Positions 56,901 through 64,000 of a stretch of 64,000 bases of DNA are shown piece after piece. Made by a program: the position numbers and the translations under genes. The notes under the pieces are model-generated. The model did not search any database and was not told the origin of the DNA. It saw nothing but the letters and a program-made list of their open reading frames with translations. The DNA comes from a virus. The DNA lies in IMG/VR virus record IMGVR_UViG_3300020558_000217, positions 32,001-96,000 of that record. One strand, written 5' to 3'. Each line of letters opens with the position of its first letter. Position 1 is the first letter of the stretch.

Positions 56901-57565
56901 ATAATTTTAGATGGATAATTGAAAACCCTAACGATACTATTCAAAGTTCTTTAAAAGCAGGTCATTTTCACGAACAACGTGAAATGGAGATTATGAAAGA
57001 GTATTGTCCAAAGGGAGCGCATATACTGGACATTGGCGCTAATGTTGGTAATCATTCAGTGTATTTTAGTAAGTTCTTTGATGCTGAAATAATCTATGCT
57101 ATCGAACCATTGCCAGTGGCATACAAGATGTTGTTAGCCAATCTGTGTTTAAACTACTGTCATAATGTTAATGTTGATTATGTCGGCGTAGCATTAGGTC
57201 ATATGGAAACTCAAGGATTTCCGATGGAGATTTATCCTGACAATCTAGGATCAACCAGATTGTTTCATGAAGATAAAACCGATTTACCATTTCAGAAGTT
57301 TGATCCAGTCAATATCATTCCAGGTGATGTTCTATTTGCTGATAAAAGAGTTGATTTTATCAAGATGGATATTGAAGGAATGGAGATGGTTGCTCTTATG
57401 GGATTAAAAGAAACCATCGCCAGAAATAGACCTAATATGTTTGTTGAAGTCAGTATTGAAAACGTAGAAGATTTTCACCAGTGGATGGACGAAAATAACT
57501 ATAAAGTTGTTTGGAATGAGATAGAACCTAGAATTTTTGCTTCATATATTATCATTCCTCAGTAA
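56897..57565 (+). CDS. FkbM-family SAM-dependent methyltransferase
   Basis: LDIGANVGNHS and DFIKMDIEGME motifs. Confidence 0.92.
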   Translation: MNNFRWIIENPNDTIQSSLKAGHFHEQREMEIMKEYCPKGAHILDIGANVGNHSVYFSKFFDAEIIYAIEPLPVAYKMLLANLCLNYCHNVNVDYVGVALGHMETQGFPMEIYPDNLGSTRLFHEDKTDLPFQKFDPVNIIPGDVLFADKRVDFIKMDIEGMEMVALMGLKETIARNRPNMFVEVSIENVEDFHQWMDENNYKVVWNEIEPRIFASYIIIPQ

Positions 57566-58342
57566 ATATTCTTCTATGGAAAGAAACTTATGATCTATAA
57601 AATGATTCAATGAGCATGTGAAGTATTGATACTTATTCTCCAGATGTTTTGGAAAGGGAATGCACTCAATTGTAGCGCATTCTTTTTCAGCAACTAATTG
57701 AGCCACCCTTTCAAACGACCTAGCAACTCCTGTGCCGAGATCGTAAATACCAGAAGGTTTATCATAAAACATACAATCAATAACATCTTCTACCCAAATA
57801 AAGTCTCGCATACATGCGTTAGATTTTTCGAATAGTTTAATTGTTCCTGTTTCTCTTGCTTGTTTGGTGAATTTATAAACTGGACTTGCTTGGTCGCCTT
57901 TGTGGCTTTCGTGTTTGCCAAAAACATTAAAGAATCTATAACCTTGAATTTTAGAAAACTTATCTATATTATCTTCTACAAACCTATCAATAGTTGCTTT
58001 TGATAGAGCGTAATAATTCAAAGGGTTTATTTCTCTTCTATAATTTGTATTACCATACACTGCAGCAGACGAAGCGTATTTTACAGGAATTTGATAGTCT
58101 ATTGCATTATTAAGTAGTTTGATAGTATAGTCTATGTTATACTTGTGTATTTTATTAATATCAGTTTCAGTAGTGTCTGTAATAGCTCCAAGATGCCAAA
58201 TTTGCTTTATTTCTTCCCAATTTATACCCTCGTATAAATCGTCAAAACAATATTGTTTTTCTGAATAATAGATTCCTCCTTGTGGAAATCTTTGAAGTAA
58301 ATGTTGACCAATAAATCCGTCAGTCCCTGTTATTAAGATCAT
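57542..58342 (-). CDS. hldD: ADP-L-glycero-D-manno-heptose 6-epimerase
   Basis: TGTDGFIG, HLGAITDTTE, YASSAAVYG, PLNYYALSK, RFFNVFG.HE.HKG.QAS, RDFIWVED, KYQYFT. Confidence 0.9.
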   Translation of the reverse strand: MILITGTDGFIGQHLLQRFPQGGIYYSEKQYCFDDLYEGINWEEIKQIWHLGAITDTTETDINKIHKYNIDYTIKLLNNAIDYQIPVKYASSAAVYGNTNYRREINPLNYYALSKATIDRFVEDNIDKFSKIQGYRFFNVFGKHESHKGDQASPVYKFTKQARETGTIKLFEKSNACMRDFIWVEDVIDCMFYDKPSGIYDLGTGVARSFERVAQLVAEKECATIECIPFPKHLENKYQYFTCSLNHFIDHKFLSIEEYLLRNDNI

Positions 58343-58631
58343 TGAAAAAATCCTCTGAATTTATCGCCTTGTCGTCAATCCAAACATCATATGATGGTTT
58401 ATTGAAATTAAGGGAAGTATATTTAACGCCCCATTTTTTAAACTGTTCAATAGTCAAATCGCGCCAATCTTTGCCCGAACTCATTCCTCTTGCAGTCCAG
58501 TAATGTATTTCATAACCAACATCATACAAACTGTTAAGAGTCTCAATTCTTTTTTTGATAGGCAATGAATTAGCGTAATCGCTATTTTTTGAAATACAAA
58601 TAGTATTATCAATATCTACCAAATATTTCAT
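58320..58631 (-). CDS. Minimal HAD-family phosphatase (capsule-biosynthesis-phosphatase-like)
   Basis: DIDNT, WTARG, KP..D.WIDDKA motifs. Confidence 0.8.
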   Translation of the reverse strand: MKYLVDIDNTICISKNSDYANSLPIKKRIETLNSLYDVGYEIHYWTARGMSSGKDWRDLTIEQFKKWGVKYTSLNFNKPSYDVWIDDKAINSEDFFNDLNNRD

Positions 58632-58981
58632 TTTTGACTGTCTCCTGGCATTATTCTGAAATCATCGTTATCATAATGTGTAGTTGAGATTTCGAATACA
58701 ACAGAATCATCTTCAAGAGCTTCTAATTGATGTGGTTCTCCAGGTTCGTTTGTCCAAGTATCGCCTTCTTTTAAAATATTGTGTTGAATCGAAGCATCTT
58801 TAGTTTCTATCCAATGTATTTTAAATTTTCCTTTTTGAACATAAAACGTTTCATGTTTTTTTAAATGAAAATGCATAGATCCTTTAGAGCCAGCTTTATC
58901 ATATACTAATAACTTACCACAATATTTGTCGTTGTTTTCAATTATGAGTTCTCTACCCCATCCTTTATTGACAATCTGCAT
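58628..58981 (-). CDS. Cupin-fold sugar isomerase/epimerase-like protein
   Basis: KGWGRE, SMHFHLKKHETFYV, PH motifs. Confidence 0.8.
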   Translation of the reverse strand: MQIVNKGWGRELIIENNDKYCGKLLVYDKAGSKGSMHFHLKKHETFYVQKGKFKIHWIETKDASIQHNILKEGDTWTNEPGEPHQLEALEDDSVVFEISTTHYDNDDFRIMPGDSQK

Positions 58982-60119
58982 TTAAATGCTCCAAAGTTTT
59001 TGTAGTAGAGTAGCCCTTAACAAATGGTATTATTACGACCTTTGTTAAATCGTTACCTACAACTTCTTCAGGTTTATAGTCTCCGCCCTTTGTAATTATA
59101 TCTGGCTTCAATTTTTTTATTAATTCATAAGGAGTATCTTCGTTAAAAATAATAACTTCATCGACACAATCTAGAGCTTCTAGAACTGCTTTTCTGTCTT
59201 TCTGATTGTTTATAGGTCGTTGTTCGCCTTTTAATCTTTTGATTGATTCGTCTGAATTCAAACCCACTATCAATTTATATCCAAGTTTTCTAGACTCTTT
59301 TAGATATTCTATGTGGCCTCTATGTAGAATATCAAAACAACCATTAGTGAATACTACAGAGTTTTTAGCAATATTTTCTTTTGATAAAACATATGTTCCG
59401 AATTTAGTAACTGAAATACTGGCCAATCTCACAGCCTTTGAACAAGCATCATAAAGGTTGTTTCCGATACTAAGATAGTGAGTCATAGCTGCGATGAATA
59501 CATCTCCTGCGCCAGTAACATCAGAAACTGGATGTTTGTCTGTTGATATTTCTCCTTCGAAATCGTCAGAGGAAATATATACTCCATTCTCTCCCTTTGT
59601 GACTACAATAGATCCTATGTTGAATAATTTTCGAAGCTGAAAAGGCGTATTACCGAATCCATATTCTTCAAGTTCTTTTTGGTTCAATTTTATTATACTT
59701 GAATTTTTATAATTGTCAATAGGTTTTTTGGGATCTACTATAACTTTAGAACCTTTTTTAATAAAATTATCAACTATCAATTGGCTGTGATGTAAGAATC
59801 CTTTGTTATAATCAGAAAGAATCACATAATCCGGATTAACTGGAAAATCTATATCTTGATTTGGGATATATTCTTCTTCGTCAGAACGAAACATTATATG
59901 ATTATCGCATACGAATCTGGTCTTTTTGGAATTAAAAGAAGCAAAAATCTCAGTATCCGAACCAAGAGCTTGGAGATTCTCGTAGACATTTCCTGCACCG
60001 CCTGAACGAAATTCAGTAGTTTTAGATTTGAAAACAGGTATGGGAGACTCAGGCGATATACGGTCTACGGTGCCATATATATAAATATCTTCTATGTAAT
60101 CACCAATCACTGCGATCAT
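58965..60119 (-). CDS. hldE: Bifunctional heptose 7-phosphate kinase / heptose 1-phosphate adenylyltransferase
   Basis: RISPESPIPV, GGAGNV, SDYNKG, DVTGAGD (PfkB kinase) fused to FTNGCFDILHRGH, GLNSDES, KGGDY, STT (nucleotidyltransferase). Confidence 0.93.
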   Translation of the reverse strand: MIAVIGDYIEDIYIYGTVDRISPESPIPVFKSKTTEFRSGGAGNVYENLQALGSDTEIFASFNSKKTRFVCDNHIMFRSDEEEYIPNQDIDFPVNPDYVILSDYNKGFLHHSQLIVDNFIKKGSKVIVDPKKPIDNYKNSSIIKLNQKELEEYGFGNTPFQLRKLFNIGSIVVTKGENGVYISSDDFEGEISTDKHPVSDVTGAGDVFIAAMTHYLSIGNNLYDACSKAVRLASISVTKFGTYVLSKENIAKNSVVFTNGCFDILHRGHIEYLKESRKLGYKLIVGLNSDESIKRLKGEQRPINNQKDRKAVLEALDCVDEVIIFNEDTPYELIKKLKPDIITKGGDYKPEEVVGNDLTKVVIIPFVKGYSTTKTLEHLNADCQ

Positions 60120-60181
60120 ATTAACTCTCTTTGTTATGCCTAAATATATTAAAAACAAAGCCAACAAGGGGATAGGGAACC

Positions 60182-63100
60182 ATGGCAGATAAAGATTTCG
60201 TCGTAAAAAATGGTCTAGTTACCGGAACTAATAACGTCACAATAGGTAACTCAGTATATATAGTTGCCAATGGCAACGTCGGCGTTGGCACTGATACCCC
60301 TAATGCTCTGGTGACTATTGTAGGTCCAACCACTAACGCAACTAATTTAAATATTAATGGTTTGACAGTAACTTATAATAGTAACACGTTTAATAATTCT
60401 TCCAATGTAGGCGGAGCTGCTATTGGTGGATATAATGCTAACGGTTTTGGCGTTTTAGGTAGATCTGGTCCTGGTATAGGCGTTATTGGTGTTGCTAATG
60501 TTGGTGGTGGATATGGCGTTGGAGGTTACGCCCATTCAACGGCAGATTCTTTTTCGGTCGCAGGCTATTTTCTCAACCAAAGTAATGGTATTGGCGTTAG
60601 AGCAGCATCAGTTTCTGGTAGACCGTTCGTTGTTGCTAATGCCACAGTAGATATTATGACTGTGATTTCTAATGGTAATATTGGTATAGGAGATTCTTCT
60701 CCTGCAGTTAGATTAGTTGTTAATGGATCAATCAATGCTACTAGTATAAACGCTGCTTCTTATACAGTTGGAACATCATTCACTGCTAATTCTACTCTAG
60801 TAAACGTTGTTTCTTTATCAGTTTCTACTAACACATCTACCTTCGGTACAGCAGCCCGAATAGTTGCTAACGGCAACATCGGTATAGGAACTGCTACCCC
60901 TAATTCTCTAGTAACTATTGTAGGTCCGGCTGCTAATGCAACCAATTTAGATATTAATGGTTTGACAGTAACTTATAATAGTAACACATTCACTAATTCG
61001 GTAAATACTGGTGCTGCAGCTATTGGTGGATATAATGCTAACGGTTTTGGTGTTCTTGGTAAATCAGGGGCTGGTATAGGCGTTATTGGTGTTGCTAATG
61101 TTGGTGGCGGTCAAGGAGTTGCAGGTTACGCCCATTCAACGGCAGATTCTTCTTCAATTGCAGGATATTTCTTTAATCAAAGTAATGGTACTGGAGTCTA
61201 TGCTAGATCTTTTGGCGGTAGACCATTCGTTGCTGCTAGTAATACTGCAGAATATATGAGCATTTCAGCTAACGGTAATATTGGTATAGGAGATTCAACC
61301 CCTGCAGTTAGATTAGTTGTTAATGGATCAATCAATGCTACTAGTATAAACGCAGTTTCTCATACAGTTGGAACATCATTCACTGCCAATTCTACTCTAG
61401 TAAACGCTGTTTCGCTAGTAGTGTCAACTAACACTTCTACTTTTGGCACAGCAGCCCGAATAGTTGCCAATGGTAACATTGGCGTTGGTACTGCTACTCC
61501 TGGTGAAAAAATTACTGTCATTAGTACCGATAGTACAGGGGCTGCGGGATTTCAAACTTTATCTGGAACTGCGACAGCTCTGGGAGCTGCAGCTAATGCT
61601 GGCGTTGGAGCTTATATCCAATCTAGAACTGGTAGGCCATTAGTTGTTGCTAATAATACTACAGAATTTTTCCAAGTTGTTGCTAATGGCAACGTCGGCG
61701 TTGGCACTGCTACCCCTAATTCTCTAGTAACTATTGTAGGCCCAACCGCTAATGCTACTAACCTAGATATTAATGGTCTAACAGTTACCTATAATAGTAA
61801 CACATTCACCAGTTCTTCTAATGTAGGCGGAGCTGCTATTGGTGGGTATAACGCCAATGGTTTTGCTGTTCTTGGTAGATCTAGCGCTGGTATAGGTATT
61901 GTTGGAGTTGCTAACTCTGGTAGCGGTATTGCTATTGCAGGTTATGCTCATGCAACAACTAATTCTTCTGCGCATGCAGGTTTTTTCTTGAATTCAAGTA
62001 ATGGAATTGGCGTTAGAGCGGCGGTCTCAACAGGTGGTAGACCTTTCGTTGCTTCTAATGCTACTGTAGAATTTATGTCTGTTGAAGCTAATGGCAACAT
62101 TGGTTTCGGCAATTCATCGCCTAGATCTAAATTACATATAACCAGAAGTTCGGGCGCCAGCGCCGCTGGCGAAATATATTTGGATGAAGGTTTATATTGG
62201 TCCATGTTGAACAGTCGGTCGACCGTTGGCGCTTGGAATCCATTAGTACAAACTAATGATCATACTTTAATATATTCTGATGGTTCGGCTGATACTGGCG
62301 CTTTGGTCATTGGACCATGGTCTTCTGATAACAAAGGTATGCGTATCGCTAGTAATGGTAGCATTGGTATTGGTACTGCTACTCCTGGCGAAAGAATTAC
62401 TGTAATTAGCGCCGATGGTAGAGGAGCTGGATTTTTTCTATCCAATACAGGTAATGGTTTGAGTAGCAAAACTGAAAATGGTTTTGCTGGAATTATTGGT
62501 GTATCTAACTCTAGTTCATCATCTGTCGCTATTGCTGGTTACGCTAATACTGGATATGGTGGTTATTTTCAAACTTTCTTTGGGACGCAGACAGCTCTAG
62601 CAGCTGTAGCTAATGCTGGAGTTGCAGTTTACGCTCAATCCGGAACTGGTAGACCATTAGTTGTTGCTAATAATACTGTAGAATTTATGTCTGTTCAAGC
62701 TAATGGCGCTGTTTTATTTGCTGGCACTCATCATAATATATCCAGTCTCGGTGGAGTTTTTAGGACTGGCGCTGGCGATTATGGTGTTAGAATTTATCCA
62801 GGTGGCGGTAGTGATTCGAATACTGCTATATTACAATTCACAAACGCTGCTCAAAATACACAAACAGCCCAAATCGCAGTAAATTCTGCAGGTCTTTTTG
62901 TGGGTACTTCTGTTAGCACCTCTGTTTATTTTGTAGCCGGTGGTTCAGTAAAGGCCACATTAGATCCAAGTGGTAATTTCGTCGCCAATGGTAATATTAC
63001 TGCATTTGGCGCGACTTCCGACGAAAGATTGAAAGAAAATATTACACCATTTTCAAACACACTAGATAAAGTAAAAAGACTTCAAGGCGTTACTTATAAT

Positions 63101-63319
63101 TGGAAAAAAGGAACCGCTGAACGTGATTTTGCTGGTATCAATAATGATATTGGTTTGATTGCACAGAACGTCCAAGAAGTATTTCCAGATCTAGTTCGTG
63201 AAAGCGAAGACGGTTATCTTTCTTTGCGCGATAGAGGTTTGTTTGCAATTCTAATCGAAGCAATCAAAGAACAACAAAATCAAATTGATGAACTTAAAAA
63301 AATGTTGGAGAATAAATAA
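60182..63319 (+). CDS. Long tail fibre (gp37-like) with internal duplications and an S74 chaperone
   Basis: Repeated NGNVGIGT..P; SDERLKENI...IGLIAQ.V..VFP.LV...LIEAIKEQQ. Confidence 0.88.
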   Translation: MADKDFVVKNGLVTGTNNVTIGNSVYIVANGNVGVGTDTPNALVTIVGPTTNATNLNINGLTVTYNSNTFNNSSNVGGAAIGGYNANGFGVLGRSGPGIGVIGVANVGGGYGVGGYAHSTADSFSVAGYFLNQSNGIGVRAASVSGRPFVVANATVDIMTVISNGNIGIGDSSPAVRLVVNGSINATSINAASYTVGTSFTANSTLVNVVSLSVSTNTSTFGTAARIVANGNIGIGTATPNSLVTIVGPAANATNLDINGLTVTYNSNTFTNSVNTGAAAIGGYNANGFGVLGKSGAGIGVIGVANVGGGQGVAGYAHSTADSSSIAGYFFNQSNGTGVYARSFGGRPFVAASNTAEYMSISANGNIGIGDSTPAVRLVVNGSINATSINAVSHTVGTSFTANSTLVNAVSLVVSTNTSTFGTAARIVANGNIGVGTATPGEKITVISTDSTGAAGFQTLSGTATALGAAANAGVGAYIQSRTGRPLVVANNTTEFFQVVANGNVGVGTATPNSLVTIVGPTANATNLDINGLTVTYNSNTFTSSSNVGGAAIGGYNANGFAVLGRSSAGIGIVGVANSGSGIAIAGYAHATTNSSAHAGFFLNSSNGIGVRAAVSTGGRPFVASNATVEFMSVEANGNIGFGNSSPRSKLHITRSSGASAAGEIYLDEGLYWSMLNSRSTVGAWNPLVQTNDHTLIYSDGSADTGALVIGPWSSDNKGMRIASNGSIGIGTATPGERITVISADGRGAGFFLSNTGNGLSSKTENGFAGIIGVSNSSSSSVAIAGYANTGYGGYFQTFFGTQTALAAVANAGVAVYAQSGTGRPLVVANNTVEFMSVQANGAVLFAGTHHNISSLGGVFRTGAGDYGVRIYPGGGSDSNTAILQFTNAAQNTQTAQIAVNSAGLFVGTSVSTSVYFVAGGSVKATLDPSGNFVANGNITAFGATSDERLKENITPFSNTLDKVKRLQGVTYNWKKGTAERDFAGINNDIGLIAQNVQEVFPDLVRESEDGYLSLRDRGLFAILIEAIKEQQNQIDELKKMLENK
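60266..61465 (+). repeat. 600-bp (200-aa) tandem duplication, with a third partial copy at about 61682-62110
   Basis: For example TTTGACAGTAACTTATAATAGTAACAC at both 60361 and 60961. Confidence 0.88.
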
Positions 63320-64000
63320 TGCCAACACCGAGTACTGGCGCTATATCATTTTCTGACATTGCAAGTATTGTTTATAACAATGCAACAGCTCAAATAAGTT
63401 TAAATGATACTAATGTTAGAATTTTATTAGATGTTCCTACTAGTGCAGCGCAGATAAGTATGACAAATGCACGAGGCAAACCTGTAGCAGGAAGTAATAG
63501 TTACAGCACTCCTGGAACGTATACATTTCTAACTCTTCCATATCAAACATTAAATGTTGATGTCAGAGGTGCTGGTGGCGGCGGTGGAGGTGGCGGAACA
63601 TTTTTTTACCCATGCGGGTTTTTAGGCGATTGCCCTGGTTTGCCTGGCACAAATGGCGGAGAATCAAGATTTGTTTCTTCAACTCCAGTAATTGGAGGAG
63701 GCGGGTTTGGTGGAAATAGTGCACCGGGGTGCGGCGGAAGTGGTCCTGGGGGAGGAAACGGAACTGGTTCTGGTGGCACTAATCAAGGCGCAGGCGGCGG
63801 CGCTGGTGGCGCTGGAGGAGATCCAAATGGTGGATGCGGCGGCCTATCGGGTGGTACAGGAAATAGACAGACTAAATCTTGGACTTTCAATTCTACAGCG
63901 GGTCATCCTACTTGGTCAACAAGTTATCAGGTAGTAGTAGGTCAAGGCGGCGCTGGTGGTGGCGGAAATCCTACATGGGGCGGCGGCACCGGTGGAACAG
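63319..64000 (+). CDS. Glycine-rich distal adhesin (T-even gp38-like), truncated by the window end
   Basis: ATG overlaps the fibre stop (TAATG); MPTPSTGAISFSDIA... then GAGGGGGGGG and further Gly-rich motifs; open to the window end. Confidence 0.75.
   Translation, partial: MPTPSTGAISFSDIASIVYNNATAQISLNDTNVRILLDVPTSAAQISMTNARGKPVAGSNSYSTPGTYTFLTLPYQTLNVDVRGAGGGGGGGGTFFYPCGFLGDCPGLPGTNGGESRFVSSTPVIGGGGFGGNSAPGCGGSGPGGGNGTGSGGTNQGAGGGAGGAGGDPNGGCGGLSGGTGNRQTKSWTFNSTAGHPTWSTSYQVVVGQGGAGGGGNPTWGGGTGGT

Noticed and set aside
53917-57565. DNA hypermodification (T4 agt/bgt-like) role for the glycosyltransferases
   Set aside because: No hydroxymethylase or nucleotide-modification genes are nearby, and the TPR fusion and structural-gene context favour protein substrates. 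This is disfavoured rather than formally excluded
63692-63934. 80-aa ORF in the track
   Set aside because: It is an out-of-frame overlap with the Gly-rich adhesin starting at 63319
1-64000. Stop-codon reassignment
   Set aside because: Core genes are full length in the standard code and end in TAA, TAG and TGA

Overview
This 64-kb window is part of a large, AT-rich T4-like myovirus genome. The host is probably an alphaproteobacterium, judging from a permuted two-piece tmRNA with an ANDN... tag. Bases 1-12.2 kb are an early/accessory region: many small ORFs behind repeated, often divergent sigma70-type promoter cassettes, a DUF932-type protein, small exported proteins, the tmRNA and tRNA-Arg. 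Bases 12.2-14.5 kb encode gp33, a zinc peptidase, gp59 and gp32. Bases 14.5-39.4 kb hold the baseplate/tail module: gp51, 26, 54, 2, 4, 48, 53, 27-like, a three-way split gp5, PAAR, 25, 6, 7, 9-like, 8 and a split VrlC-like protein. Bases 39.6-64 kb encode Asn/Ser/Thr-rich fibre proteins, three RCC1-repeat propellers, S74-chaperoned fibres and a gp38-like adhesin. Embedded among the fibre genes (53.9-60.1 kb) is a glycosylation island. It carries a TPR+GT9-like transferase, two GT-A enzymes, an FkbM methyltransferase and a convergent ADP-heptose cassette (hldE, cupin, mini-HAD, hldD). The flanking virion proteins are very rich in N-X-S/T sequons. The lead hypothesis is a phage-encoded system that heptosylates or glycosylates virion proteins. 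All calls come from motif recognition and synteny by eye; no database searches were run.
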